Shown in pieces: positions 30,943 through 41,992 of a DNA stretch of 64,000 nt. How positions within the stretch are numbered: the first letter of the stretch is position 1; the number at the start of each line of letters is the position of its first letter. The stretch lies in the NCBI GenBank assembly GCA_963789955.1, contig CAWBMV010000013.1:32001-96000 (forward strand), in the 5' to 3' direction. The notes under the pieces were generated by a model that searched no databases, was not told the DNA's origin, and saw nothing but the letters and a program-made list of their open reading frames with translations. The translations under genes were made by a program, and so were the position numbers. The stretch comes from an uncultured Candidatus Rokubacteria bacterium. Lineage in GTDB: Bacteria > Methylomirabilota > Methylomirabilia > Rokubacteriales > CSP1-6.

Positions 30943-31857
30943 CTACAGATTCCTCAGCTGAGGATCGAGACGAACGCGCAGCCAGTCGCCGAGGAGCTGG
31001 GTCGCGAGGACGATCAGCAGAATGCACGCGCCCGGGAAGACCGTGAGCCACCACTGGCCCGCCATCAGCGTGGGGCGCGCCTCCGAGAGCATGAGCCCCC
31101 AGGCCGGCTGCGGCGGCGGCACGCCGACGCCGAGGAAGCTGAGCGATGCCTCCGCGATGATGACGACACCGACCGTGAGACTGGCGAGCACCATCGCCGT
31201 GTTCATGACGTTCGGCAGGATGTGCTTCTTGATCACGCGAAGCTTGCTGGCGCCGGCGATCTCGGCCAGCTTCACGAAGTCGCGCTCGCGAAGGGTCAGC
31301 ACCTCGCCGCGGATGACCCGCGCGTAACGGGTCCAGTAGACCAGGCCCAGGATGAAGATGATGTTCCACATGCTGGGCCCGAGCATCGCGGCCAGGAAGA
31401 TCGCGAAGACGATCGCCGGCAGCGCGAGCCAGGCGTCGGTCACGCGCATGATGATCTGATCGACCCAGCCGCCCACGTACCCCGAGAGGATCCCCAGCGC
31501 CGTGCCGATGCTGCCCGCCACCAGGGTTCCCATCAGCCCCACGAGCAGCGACACGCGCGCGCCGTAGATCAGCCGGCTCAGGATGTCCCGGCCCTGGAAA
31601 TCGGTGCCGAGCGGTATCGCCACGCTGCCGCCTTCCATCCAGAAGGGCGGCGCGAATATCTCCGCGCCCTTCACCGGCAGTGTCGGCTCGTACGGCGCGA
31701 TGAGATCGGCGAGCGCGGCCACGAGAATCAGGCCGCCGAGGATGACGACCGCGGCCAGCGGCGCTTGGCGCGCCGCCTTGACGACCGCGCGGAGCCGGCC
31801 CGTTTCCGTTCGTCGTGACGCGAGCCGCGTGTCGGCCGGGATGGTCGCCATCGTCAT
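30943..31857 (-). CDS. ABC transporter permease (DppC/OppC-like)
   Basis: LGTDFQGRDILSRLIYGARVSL, HILPNV, EASLSFLGVG, DPQLR. Confidence 0.93.
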   Translation of the reverse strand: MTMATIPADTRLASRRTETGRLRAVVKAARQAPLAAVVILGGLILVAALADLIAPYEPTLPVKGAEIFAPPFWMEGGSVAIPLGTDFQGRDILSRLIYGARVSLLVGLMGTLVAGSIGTALGILSGYVGGWVDQIIMRVTDAWLALPAIVFAIFLAAMLGPSMWNIIFILGLVYWTRYARVIRGEVLTLRERDFVKLAEIAGASKLRVIKKHILPNVMNTAMVLASLTVGVVIIAEASLSFLGVGVPPPQPAWGLMLSEARPTLMAGQWWLTVFPGACILLIVLATQLLGDWLRVRLDPQLRNL

Positions 31858-31882
31858 CTACCTCGTGAGCCCGATGTTGGGC

Positions 31883-32804
31883 TCATCTCGAGAGCCTGAT
31901 TCTCGGGTCGATGAAGGCATAGAGAATGTCCACGGCCAGGTTGATGCCGACGATCATGAAGCCGGCCATGATCACGACGCCCTGCACCAGCGGGAAGTCG
32001 CGCTGGAAGATGCCCTCGTAGAGCAGCCGGCCGATGCCCGGCCACGCGAAGACCACCTCGATGATGACGGCGGCGTTGACCATCACCACCATGTTGACGC
32101 CGGCCAGCGTGAAGACCGGAATGAGCGCGTTCTTGAACGCGTGCATGGCGATGACCACGAAGTCCGGAAGCCCCTTGAGTCGGGCGAGCTTGATGTACTC
32201 GCTGCCGAGCACCTCGAGCATGCTCGAGCGGGTCAGCCGCAGCATCGACGCGGCGAAGTACCAGCCGAGTGCCAGCGCCGGCATGACCACATGCCTCCAG
32301 TCGCCGGCCCCGGAGGTCGGCAGCCAGCGGAGCCAGACGGAGAAGACGAGGATCAGCACGAGGCCGAGCCAGAAGCCGGGAATCGCGAGGCCGAGCAGCG
32401 CGACGCCCTTCGCGACGTTGTCCCACGCGCTGTTCACCTTCACCGCCGAGATGATGCCGGCGGGAATGCCGATCAGGAGCGAGATGAGCGTCGCGGCCAG
32501 CCCGAGGGTCAGCGAGTTGGGCAGCCGCTGGAAGTAGAGCTCGCTGACCGGAAGCCGGTAGTTGAAGGACTTGCCGAGCTCGCCCTGGAGGGCGTTCTGC
32601 ATGAAGGTCACGTACTGCACGGGCCACGAGCGGTCGAGCCCCCACAGGTGGCGGACCCGCTCGAGATCCTCGGGGCGGGCGGTGGCCTCCGCCATGAGCG
32701 CCACCGGGTCGCCGGTGAGCCGGACGATGAGGAAGATCGTCCCGCTCAAGATGAAGAGCGTGACGATGCTGTACAGCAACGCGCCGGATGATGAACTGCG
32801 ACAT
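31883..32804 (-). CDS. ABC transporter permease (DppB/OppB-like); frameshift ~32780
   Basis: GLDRSWPVQY, GELGKSF, LARLKGL, IEVVFAWPGIG, RDFPLVQG, IDPRIR. Confidence 0.92.
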
Positions 32805-32813
32805 GGCGGCCGG

Positions 32814-34412
32814 CTACTGATCCTTCACCTTGATGTCCTCCCACGGATAGGCGTAGCCGGTGGTGATCGTCGGGAAGACGTCTTGCCACTTCTGCAGCAC
32901 GACGCGGGGTCCGATCGCGTTGACGAACGCGTGGCGGAACACGGGTACGAGATAGTAGTTCTCCAGGATGCCGCGCTGGATCTCCTCGGCGAGCTTCTTG
33001 CGCTCCGCCAGGTTGATCGACCGCTCGTACTGGTCGAACTTGCCGTCGAGATCCTTCACGCAGATGCGGTCGCGCGAGTTGAAGCCGCCGCACTTGAAGT
33101 GGCCCTCGTACCAGAAGGACCAGCTGCCCCCGATCCGCGCGCCGTGCAGGATGATCTGGGTTCCCGGAAACTCCTTGAGGCCGCCCTGGAGCCGCTGCAG
33201 GAAGATCCCGCGCTCCATGGTCTGCAGGCGGGCGCGGATGCCGACCTCGCGAAGGTGCGCGACGAGGCGCTCGCCCCGCGAGTAGAACGCGGGCAGCGGC
33301 GTGACCCAGTCCACGTCGAACCCGTTCGGATAGCCCGCCTCGCGCAGGAGCTGCTTGGCCTTCTCCACGTTCCGCGGGAACTCGGGCCACTCGATCGCGT
33401 ACAGGACATCGTCGTTGATCCAGTTGCCGCTCGCCTTGCCCATGCCCGCGGACTCGGCCTGGTTCATCGCCCGCCGGTCGACGGCCAGGCTGACCGCCTC
33501 GCGCACGCGCTTGTCATGGAACGGGTTCTTCGGGTCCTGAAATCCGGGGAACTCGATGAAGAAGGAGCCGGACAGCACCGGCGCCAGGGTCACGCCAGGG
33601 AGCTTGCTGACCTTGTTGATCAGCTCGCCGGGTACGTTGTAGATGATGTCCGCCTCGCCGCGCTCCAGCATGGCCACCCGCGTGGCCGCCTCCGGCACCG
33701 AGATCATCACCAGCTGCTTGGCGTTGACCGGGCGGTAGTAGCCGTCGAACGCCTCCATCTCGATCCGCACGCCCGGCTCCTGGCGCACGAGCTTGTAGGG
33801 TCCGGCGCCGATGGGCTTCTGCTTGAAGGCGTCGGCGCCGACCTGCTTGTAGTACTTCTCGGGCACCACCCAGTCGGCGCCCGCGACGTTGGCGGTTCCG
33901 AACAGGATGGCGAAGTCGAGGAAGGGCTCCTTGAAGACGAAGCGGATCGTGCGGTCGTCCACGATGTCGATGCGCTCGGTCCGCTTCTTGAAGACGTCGG
34001 CCTTGGCACCGCGGTAGTTCTCGTAGGTGAACTTGACGTCCTGCGGGGTGACCGGGTCGCCGTTGTGGAACTTGATCCCCTTGCGCAGGGTGAACGTGGC
34101 GCTCTTGGCGTCGGGGGCGACCGTGAAATGCTCGGCCAGGGCCAGATGGTCGTAGAGCTCGGTGCCCTGGTTCTTGATCAGCGCGTCGTGGATGGCCGTG
34201 AAGAAGTTGTCGGGCGTGGCGGTGCCGTCGTGCTCCTGGGGATCCAGCCAGCGCGACGCGAAGCCCGCGTGCCACGCGAGGACCAGCTTGCCCTTGGCCG
34301 CCGCGCCCGCCGGGGACGAGAACGGGATGATCGTCGATGCGGCGGTGATCAGGATCAGCGCGACGGCCAGCCAGGGGAACAGGTTATGCGCCTCGAATCG
34401 GGGACATTTCAT
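32814..34412 (-). CDS. ABC transporter substrate-binding protein, family 5
   Basis: Signal peptide, FTLRKGIKFHNGDPVTPQDVKFT, PIGAGPYKL, DKRVREAVSLAVDR. Confidence 0.93.
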   Translation of the reverse strand: MKCPRFEAHNLFPWLAVALILITAASTIIPFSSPAGAAAKGKLVLAWHAGFASRWLDPQEHDGTATPDNFFTAIHDALIKNQGTELYDHLALAEHFTVAPDAKSATFTLRKGIKFHNGDPVTPQDVKFTYENYRGAKADVFKKRTERIDIVDDRTIRFVFKEPFLDFAILFGTANVAGADWVVPEKYYKQVGADAFKQKPIGAGPYKLVRQEPGVRIEMEAFDGYYRPVNAKQLVMISVPEAATRVAMLERGEADIIYNVPGELINKVSKLPGVTLAPVLSGSFFIEFPGFQDPKNPFHDKRVREAVSLAVDRRAMNQAESAGMGKASGNWINDDVLYAIEWPEFPRNVEKAKQLLREAGYPNGFDVDWVTPLPAFYSRGERLVAHLREVGIRARLQTMERGIFLQRLQGGLKEFPGTQIILHGARIGGSWSFWYEGHFKCGGFNSRDRICVKDLDGKFDQYERSINLAERKKLAEEIQRGILENYYLVPVFRHAFVNAIGPRVVLQKWQDVFPTITTGYAYPWEDIKVKDQ

Positions 34413-34478
34413 TCAGAGCCTCCGCTCCGGGGGTTCGTAGTCGGTGCGACGAGTGCTGTAGACTAGCCCGCGACCCAC

Positions 34479-35400
34479 ATGCGGTCAAGTATCGCCAGGA
34501 GCGCGACGCGGCGGGATCACGCGACGCCCGCCACACGGCGCGGCGCCCTGCTGGTGGCCTGCGCGGCCGTGTGCTGGAGCAGCGGCGGGCTCATCGTCCG
34601 GCTCGTCGGCACGAGCCCCTGGACCACCAGCCTCTGGCGCAGCGTGTTCGCCTCGCTCTTCCTGGCCGCTCTGCTGTCGGTCGTCCGCGGCCGTAGCATC
34701 GTCGCGCAGTGGCGCGAGGGCGGGCGCCCGGTCGTGCTCGTCGCCGCGTGCATGGCGGCGGCGTCCACGTGCTTCATCTTCTCGCTGGCCTACACGTCGG
34801 TGGCCAACACCTTGATCCTCATGTCCACGGGCCCCTACGTCGCGGGCCTGCTCGGCTGGATCTGGCTCGGCGAGCGGGTCGCGCTGCGGACCTGGGTGAC
34901 GATGAGCGTCGCCCTCGCGGGCACGGTGGTGATGGTGTCCAACTCCTACGCGCACGGGACGCGGTCGGCGATCTGCTCGCGATCGTCATGGCGGTGAGCT
35001 TCGCGGTCGCGACGGTCCTGGTGCGCCGCCACCCCGACATCCAGATGACGCCCGCGGCGGCGCTCTCGACGGCGCTCACGGGATTGATCGCGCTCCCGCT
35101 CGCCGACCCGTTCGCGATCTCGGCGCGCGACTTCGGCGCTCCTGGCGTTCTTCGGTGTGGGACAGTTCGGCGCGGGCTTCCTGCTCTTCATGACGGGCGC
35201 CCGGCTGCTTCCCGCCGCGGAGACCGCGCTGATCGGCATGCTCGAGACCGTCCTGGGACCACTCTGGGTCTGGCTCATCCTCAGCGAGCGCCCGAGCACA
35301 GCCTCACTGGCCGGCGGCGCCTTGATCCTCGCCGCCCTCGTCGCCAACACCGTCATCGACCTGCGTCAGCCCAGGAAGAGCTCGCAGGTATCCATCCACG
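34479..35400 (+). CDS. DMT/EamA family transporter; frameshifted, 3' end approximate
   Basis: Multiple TM helices, WSSGGLIVR, TSVANTL, WLGERV, LETVLGPLWVW..SERP. Confidence 0.85.
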
Positions 35401-36706
35401 CCTGTGTAGTCAGCGCCAGCGACTCGACGTCGATCCGCTCGTCGTTACCGTGGAACCGCCCCGACATCGCCTCGGACGTCAGCGAGCGCGAGAACAGACC
35501 GAAGCCGTACGCGACGGCGCCGTGCTCGCGGAAGTACGGCGCGTCGGTGAAGCCGACGATCAGGCGCGGGAGGAGCTTCGCGCCCGGATAGTGCCGATCG
35601 ACCACCTTGCCGAGCACGTCCCAGAGCGGGGTGCCCGTGGGCGAGACCGACGCCTGCTTGGAGAAGAGCTTCTCGACGATCACTTCGTCCGAGAGGTCGC
35701 CCAGCGCCTTGTCGAGATGGCGCCGCACTTCGTCCTCGTTGTCGCCCGGGATCGTCCGGATGTCGACCTCGATGTCGACGACGTCCGGAATGACGTTGGT
35801 CTTCACGCCGCCCCGGCACATGTTCGGCGAGAACGTCGTGTGCGTCGCCGACCACGCCGACTTGGCCATGGTCGGCGGAAGCTTGCCGATCGTCTCGTCG
35901 ACGCGTGAGGGATCGATCAGCGCCTCTTTCACCGCCGCGTCCAGATCGAGCGAGCCGACCACGCCGCGCCAGAGGTCGCTCACGTAGGGTGCCGGGCGGT
36001 AGTCCGCCAGCCGCGTGACGACATGCGCGGCCTTGATCAAGGCATTGTCCGCGCCGTACGGCATCGAGCCGTGACCGGGCGTCCCCTTCACACGCAACCG
36101 TCGCCAGGCCACGCCCTTCTCGCCCACGTGCACGGTGACGTTCAGCTGGCCGTTGTGCGAGCTGACGGTGCCACCGTTCTCCGTCAGCAGATAATCCGCG
36201 CGGAGCGCGTCCCAGTGTCGCTTGCAGACATGCCCCGCGCCGTGCACGCCGCCCGCTTCTTCGTCGGCGCACGCGAGATAGACCAGGGTGCCCCGCGGCC
36301 GCCAGCCGCGCCGGGCCAGCGCCTTCAGGACGACCGCCTGCGAGGCGGTGAGATTCAGCATGTCGACCGCGCCGCGGCCCCACACTTCGCCGTTCACGAG
36401 CTCGCCGCCGAACGGGTCCCGCGTCCAGTGCGACGGCGTGACCGGCACGACGTCCGTGTGGCCCATCAGGCACAACGTCGGCGCGGCGGGATCCGTCCCC
36501 TCGATTCGGGTGACCAGGCTGGCGCGGCCGGGAGCGCCGTCGGGCTCGTAGACGTCGATGTCGAGGCCGCTGCCCTCGAGATACGAGCGCAGCAGCGCGC
36601 TGGTGCGCGCCTCGTGGCCGGACGCGACGGTGCCGTCGTTCACGCATTGGTTGCGGATCATCTGCTGCAGGAGCTCGACGGTTTCCCCCGTCAGCGTGTC
36701 GTTCAT
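35366..36706 (-). CDS. M20/M25/M40 family metallo-hydrolase
   Basis: MGHTDVVP, WGRGAVDM, ADEEAGG, GHGSMP, FHGNDERI. Confidence 0.93.
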   Translation of the reverse strand: MNDTLTGETVELLQQMIRNQCVNDGTVASGHEARTSALLRSYLEGSGLDIDVYEPDGAPGRASLVTRIEGTDPAAPTLCLMGHTDVVPVTPSHWTRDPFGGELVNGEVWGRGAVDMLNLTASQAVVLKALARRGWRPRGTLVYLACADEEAGGVHGAGHVCKRHWDALRADYLLTENGGTVSSHNGQLNVTVHVGEKGVAWRRLRVKGTPGHGSMPYGADNALIKAAHVVTRLADYRPAPYVSDLWRGVVGSLDLDAAVKEALIDPSRVDETIGKLPPTMAKSAWSATHTTFSPNMCRGGVKTNVIPDVVDIEVDIRTIPGDNEDEVRRHLDKALGDLSDEVIVEKLFSKQASVSPTGTPLWDVLGKVVDRHYPGAKLLPRLIVGFTDAPYFREHGAVAYGFGLFSRSLTSEAMSGRFHGNDERIDVESLALTTQAWMDTCELFLG

Positions 36707-36721
36707 GACTCTCCTCCTGGC

Positions 36722-37610
36722 TCAGACCTGCGTGTCCTTGAATCGGCGCAGCACGTCGAGATGTCCCTGGGGAAACTTGAGGCCCGAACCGCGCGGCTCG
36801 GCGATGACGGACGTGGCGCCGAGCGCCTTCCACGCGCTCACCTGCTTGGCCCAGCCGTCGGGGCTCTGGCCCGCGAGGCGAATGCGGCCCTCGAGCGGCA
36901 GCCGATCGGGATCACGGCCCGGCCTCGCGCGCGTAGCCGTGCACCCGGGCGACCAGCGCCCGGCCCTGGTCGTCGGGCGTGAGGTTCGGGCTCCAGCCGT
37001 CGGCCAGGCGACCGATTCGACGCAGCGCCGCCTCGGGCGGCACCGCGTGGTCGCGGCTGCCCACGCCGAACCAGACGGGAATCGGACGCTGGATCGGCAT
37101 GGGATTCAGCCCGGCGTGGTCGATCCGATGAAACTCGCCGCGGAAGTCGACCACCGGCTGGGTCCACAGGGCGCGCATGACGGCGACCTGCTCGGCGCTG
37201 CGACGGCCGCGGTTCTCGAAGCGCTCGTTGAGCGCTTCGAACTCGACCGCGTTCCAGCCGACGCCGATCCCGAGCCGCATCCGGCCGCCGCTCAGCACGT
37301 CGATCTCGGCCGCCTGCTTGGCGACCAGCACCGTCTGGCGCTGCGGCAGGATCAGGATGCCGGTGGCGAGCGTGATCCGCTGCGTGATCGCGGCGAAGTA
37401 CGCCATCAAGGTGAGCGACTCGTGGACGACGCTCTCGTGCGAGTAGTTGGCGAGCGACGGGTGTGAATGGAACTTCGGATCGGCGCCCAGCACGTGGTCG
37501 GCCACGAAGAGATGATCGAAGCCCATCGCCTCGACGGCGCGCACGAACTCGGCGATGGCGCCGACGTCCGCGCCGCACTCGGTCTGAGGAAAGATCACGC
37601 CGACCTTCAT
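36722..37610 (-). CDS. LLM class (probably F420-dependent) oxidoreductase; frameshift ~36920
   Basis: MKVGVIFPQTE, DHVLGAD, LILPQRQTVLVAKQAAEIDVLSGGR, GVGWNAVEF. Confidence 0.9.
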
Positions 37611-37622
37611 CTCGGGTCCTTG

Positions 37623-37630
37623 AGTATACT
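37623..37630. promoter_or_regulatory. Palindrome AGTATACT giving TATACT -10 hexamers on both strands
   Basis: 28-bp divergent gap; TATACT lies 8 nt before GTG 37639 and 12 nt before ATG 37610. Confidence 0.55.
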
Positions 37631-37638
37631 TCCTCGCC

Positions 37639-38842
37639 GTGAGCGACGGGAGCGTCAGGCCGAGTGCGTGGCGCGTCGTCGCGGCGGCGACGGCCCTCAA
37701 CACCCCGATCGGCTCGCTCTACGCGTTCAGCGTCTTCCTGAAACCGCTGGAAGCCCTCCTCGGGCTCAGCCGCGCCGACCTCGCGTTCGTCTTCGCGCTG
37801 GCGGCGGCCGGATTCGGCCTCGGGATGAACGTCGCGCCCTACGTCTACCGCCTCACGTCGCCGCCTATTCTGGTAATGGCGTGCGCCGCCTCGAGCGCCC
37901 TGGGCGCCGCGCTCGCCGCGACCGCGGGCGGCCTGCCGCAGCTGGCCATCGGCTACGGCGTGCTCTTCGGCGCCGGGGGCGGCGCGAGCTACATCCTCGT
38001 GCAGCAAGCGCTGAATCTCGCGGTGACTCGACGCCACGGCCTCGCGAACGGCTACGCGGTGAGCCTCTTACCGGCGGGCGCGATGATCGCCGCGCCGCTC
38101 TTCGGATGGTGCGTCGGCGCGCTCGGCGTCCGCGCCGCGCTGTGGGCGCTCGCCGTCGTGCTGGCCGTCACCGGCGTGATCAGTGCCTGGCTGATCGGCC
38201 GATCCGGCGTGCGGCTCGCCGCGATCGGCGCCGCCGACGCGCCCGATGCCGACGAGCGCCGTCGCGTCGTGTTCTGGCAGCTCTGGCTCGTGTTCTTTCT
38301 GGCGGCGTCCGCCGGGCTGATGGTGCTGAGTCAAGCCGCCGGTATCATCGTGGCCTACGGCGGCGCGACCGCGATGGCCGTCTACGGCACGACGTTCATC
38401 GCCGGCACCATCGCGGTCGCGCGGGTCGGCGGCGGATGGATGGTCGACTGGCTCACGATCCCCACCGTCGCGGCGAGCGCCCACGCGATCGCGCTCGCCG
38501 GCAACGTCGCGCTGACCATCTGGCCGGGGCCGGGCGTGTCGGTGCTCTCCCTCGCCCTCGTGGGCGTGGGCTACGGCCTGATCTCCGGCGTCACGGCGGC
38601 GGCGGTGGCCGTCTACTGGCGACGCGCGCTGTACGGACGCATCGCGAGCCGCCTCTATCTCGCGTGGTGCGCCGCCGCGATCGTGCTGCCGATCGCTCGC
38701 CGGCCGCTTGTTCGACCTGACGCAGAGCTATCGAACCGCGGTGCTGATCTCCGCGGGCGGCAATGCGCTCGGCATTCTCATCGCGCTCGGGCTGCCGCGC
38801 CACGGCGCGCCGCGGTTCGCGGAGCGGAGCCGCGAGGGGTGA
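37639..38842 (+). CDS. MFS transporter (OFA-like); frameshift ~38697
   Basis: GSLYAFSVFLKPLE, GYGVLFGAGGG, about 12 hydrophobic segments; TGA 38840-38842 in the corrected frame. Confidence 0.85.
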
Positions 38843-38882
38843 CCTGGCGCTCCGGGCGACGAGGCTGTTACCATGCCCGACG

Positions 38883-39731
38883 ATGCCGAAGATGCTCTCG
38901 CCGGCCCAGGTCGAACGCTACCAGGACGACGGATTCCTCTCGCCCAATGCCGCGCTCACGCGAGAAGAAGCCGCGGCGTGCCTGAGGAAGCTCGAGGCGT
39001 TCGAGCAGACGGTGGGCGGACCGCTGACCTCGGACGGCACGGACGCGCGCTATCGCTCTCGCACCCACGTGCTGCTGTCCTGGGTGCACTCGCTCACGCG
39101 GCATCCCGCGATCCTCGACACCGTCGAGGACCTGATCGGCCCGAACATCCTCGTGTACACCTCCACGTGGTTCATCAAGGAGCCGGAGAGCGCGGCGATC
39201 GCCGCCTGGCATCAGGACGCGACGTATTTCGGCCTTCGCCCCTACGTGCACGTGACCGCGTGGCTCGCGCTGACCGACGCGACCGCCGAGAACGGCTGCA
39301 TGGAGTTCCTGCCCGGTAGCCATCACGGCGGCCAGCGCCCGCATCGCGCCGGCGTCGTCGCGGGCAGCGTCAACCGCGCCGGTCAGGCGATCGTCGGCGA
39401 GATCGACGACCGGCCCGCCATGCACGCCCCGCTGCGCGCCGGCGAATTCTCTCTGCACCACACGCTCTGCCTGCACCGCTCGCAGCCGAATCAGTCGCGC
39501 GGACGTCGCGTCGGCCTCGCGATCAGCTACGTCCCGACCTCGGTGCAGCATCTGGGCGTGAAGCACAAGACGCCCGCCATGCTCGTCCGCGGCGTCGACA
39601 CCTACGGCCACTTCGATCTCGAGCCCCCGCCTGCCGCCGACCTCGACTCCGCGGCGCGCGCCGCCTACGAGCGTTCGTACGAAGGCTACCGCGCCGCCTA
39701 CGCCGAGCAGGTGTCGCTCGAGCGCGCCTGA
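38883..39731 (+). CDS. Phytanoyl-CoA dioxygenase (PhyH) family protein
   Basis: WHQDATYFG, TAWLALTDATAENGCM, HRSQPNQS..RR. Confidence 0.92.
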   Translation: MPKMLSPAQVERYQDDGFLSPNAALTREEAAACLRKLEAFEQTVGGPLTSDGTDARYRSRTHVLLSWVHSLTRHPAILDTVEDLIGPNILVYTSTWFIKEPESAAIAAWHQDATYFGLRPYVHVTAWLALTDATAENGCMEFLPGSHHGGQRPHRAGVVAGSVNRAGQAIVGEIDDRPAMHAPLRAGEFSLHHTLCLHRSQPNQSRGRRVGLAISYVPTSVQHLGVKHKTPAMLVRGVDTYGHFDLEPPPAADLDSAARAAYERSYEGYRAAYAEQVSLERA

Positions 39732-39748
39732 CCGCCTGGAGCCCGACG

Positions 39749-41005
39749 TCAGGCGCGATTTACCGGCGGGGCCGCGGCAGGAGTAGCCGCCAGCGCACGA
39801 TCGCCGGCCAGATCCGCGGGCCGCAGCCACACGAACGCGAGCGCCCCGAGGAGCAGGGCGATCGTGACGTGGCCGAATGCCACGCCCCACCCCACGACAC
39901 TGGCGCCGCCGAGGAGATCGAGCGTCGCGCCGAGCGCCAGTGGACCGAGAAACCCGCCGGCGTAGCCCAAGGTCGAGTGCACGGCGAGGGTCGCGCCGCG
40001 TCGGCCGGGCTCGGCGCTGCCGGCGCTGCCCGCCGTCAAGGACGACGAATCGGACCAGATCAGCATGGCGTAGAGCAGGATGAGCGCCGCCGCGCCCGCG
40101 TACGGGAGCGCCGCGCTGAAGCCGATTACGGCCGCCAGCGCCGCCGAGCTGAGCATCGTGCCCAGGATGAAGCGTCGTCGCCCGAATCGAATGGCGAGCT
40201 CGTTGCCCCACACGCTGGCCCACACTCCGACCAGACCCATCACGCTCGCGACCGTCGCCGGCGCCAGCGGCGTCCACGCGCCGGGCGCCTGGGCGGCCAC
40301 GAAGGTGAGAAACGCGACGACCCAGCCGCGCAGCGCGGACATTTCCCACGTGTGCACGCAGTACGCGACCGAATAGGCGAGCGCCGATCGGTTGCGGAGA
40401 ATCGGCCGGAAGTCGAGTAGCGCGCCGCGCGGGCCGGCGGCCGGCTTGAGTGGCCGTGACGGCAACCCGATGAGGACCAGTACAAACGCGAGCGCGGCCC
40501 CGAGCGCGCCCGGCACCAGCGCCCACTGCCAGCCGAGCCAGGCGTTCACGGCCCCGGCGACAGCGAACGAGAGCGCGCCGCTCACGCCGACCGCCGCCGC
40601 GTGCGCGGCGACGGCTCTCGACTGCTGCGGGCCTTCCGCCGCGTCGCTCAACGCCTTGAGCCCCGGCATGTAGCTGCCGGCCCAGCCGGCGCCCATCAAT
40701 GCCCGGAACGCCAGCGCCGACCAGAAGCCGCTCGCGACCCAGGCGAAGCCGGCGAAGGCGAGCGCGGTCAGCGCGACCGAGCCGAGATACACGCGCTTGG
40801 GATCCACGCGATCCGTCAGCGACGAGAGGAGCGGGACCACGAGCGTGTAGGCGGCGTAGTAGATGCCGCTGATCCAGCCCGCCTCGGTGTTGCTGAGCGA
40901 CCACGCGGTGATCAAGGTCGGCAGGAGCGCCGCCACGGCGAACGCGCCGATCTGGGCGCAGGCCTGGGCCGCGCACATCGCGATCACTGCGCGGTTCAAG
41001 GTCAT
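39749..41005 (-). CDS. MFS transporter
   Basis: Intact 418-aa hydrophobic ORF, LTDRVDPKR, RFGRRR loop motifs. Confidence 0.9.
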   Translation of the reverse strand: MTLNRAVIAMCAAQACAQIGAFAVAALLPTLITAWSLSNTEAGWISGIYYAAYTLVVPLLSSLTDRVDPKRVYLGSVALTALAFAGFAWVASGFWSALAFRALMGAGWAGSYMPGLKALSDAAEGPQQSRAVAAHAAAVGVSGALSFAVAGAVNAWLGWQWALVPGALGAALAFVLVLIGLPSRPLKPAAGPRGALLDFRPILRNRSALAYSVAYCVHTWEMSALRGWVVAFLTFVAAQAPGAWTPLAPATVASVMGLVGVWASVWGNELAIRFGRRRFILGTMLSSAALAAVIGFSAALPYAGAAALILLYAMLIWSDSSSLTAGSAGSAEPGRRGATLAVHSTLGYAGGFLGPLALGATLDLLGGASVVGWGVAFGHVTIALLLGALAFVWLRPADLAGDRALAATPAAAPPVNRA

Positions 41006-41024
41006 CGCGTGACGAACGCGCCCG

Positions 41025-41987
41025 CTACGCGACCTTCACGAGCTTCTGCAAGCTTCTGAGCCCCGGCGGATGCCCCTGCCCCTTGAAACGATTGCCCCAG
41101 TTGGTGTACGAGACCTCGCCCACGTAGATGTCGCCGCGCGAGTCGACGGCGAGCCCGTGCGGTGAGATGAACTGGCCGAGCTCGAGTCCGGCCGGGCGCT
41201 GGCCCAGGCGCGCCAGCAGCTCGCCCTTGTGGCTGTAGATGCTCACGCGCGGTCCGATGTTGGGCATGTCGTAGTTCACGCCCATGCCGCCGCCGATCTC
41301 GCCGACGTAGAAGCGGCCCTGCCCGCCGCGCTCCATGTAGAGGCCGGACGGCCGGTGCATGTTGATCCACTGCGTCTCGAACTTGCCGTTGCCGTCGAAC
41401 ACCTGGACGCGATGGTTCTCGCGGTCGGCGACGTAGACCCAGCCGTCGGCATCGCAGCAGATGTTGTGCGCGATGTTGAACTGGCCCGGGTCGGTCCCCG
41501 GCTCGCCCCACGAGCGCAGCAAGGTGCCGTTCGGCGCGAACTTGTGCACGCGCGAGTTGCCGTACCCGTCGGAGACGTAGATATCGCCCTGGGGCGACAG
41601 CGCGGTGTGCGTGCAGCGATGGAACGGCTCGCCGCTCATGTAGGGCTTCGGCTTGCCGGGGATCCCCAAGGTCAGCAGCACCTTGCCGTCGAGCGTGCAG
41701 TGGCGGACCGTGTGATCGCCGTCGTCGGTCAGCCACAAGGTCTCGTCCGGCGCCATGTGCACGCCGTGCGCGCGCGGAAACAATCCCTCGCCCCACGAGC
41801 GCAGGAAGTTGCCGTCGCGATCGAGCACGACCATCGGGTGCTTGCCGCGGTTGAATGCGTACACGCGATCCTGCGTGTCCACGCCGACCGCGGCGACGTC
41901 GGCGTTGAACTCTTGCCCGGGCGGCAGCTTCGCCCAGTTGTCGACGACCTCGTAGCGATGCGCGCCCGTTCCCAGGATGATCGGCAT
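41025..41987 (-). CDS. NHL-repeat protein (peptidyl-alpha-hydroxyglycine alpha-amidating lyase family)
   Basis: YVSDGYGNSRVHKF, GQFNIAHNI, VADRENHRVQVFD, PHGLAVD. Confidence 0.9.
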   Translation of the reverse strand: MPIILGTGAHRYEVVDNWAKLPPGQEFNADVAAVGVDTQDRVYAFNRGKHPMVVLDRDGNFLRSWGEGLFPRAHGVHMAPDETLWLTDDGDHTVRHCTLDGKVLLTLGIPGKPKPYMSGEPFHRCTHTALSPQGDIYVSDGYGNSRVHKFAPNGTLLRSWGEPGTDPGQFNIAHNICCDADGWVYVADRENHRVQVFDGNGKFETQWINMHRPSGLYMERGGQGRFYVGEIGGGMGVNYDMPNIGPRVSIYSHKGELLARLGQRPAGLELGQFISPHGLAVDSRGDIYVGEVSYTNWGNRFKGQGHPPGLRSLQKLVKVA

Positions 41988-41992
41988 GAGAC

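Noticed and set aside
32562..34466. 634-aa plus-strand ORF, and similar long antisense ORFs such as 42119-44122 and 50633-52078
   Set aside because: Antisense to well-supported genes, no motifs; expected in high-GC DNA
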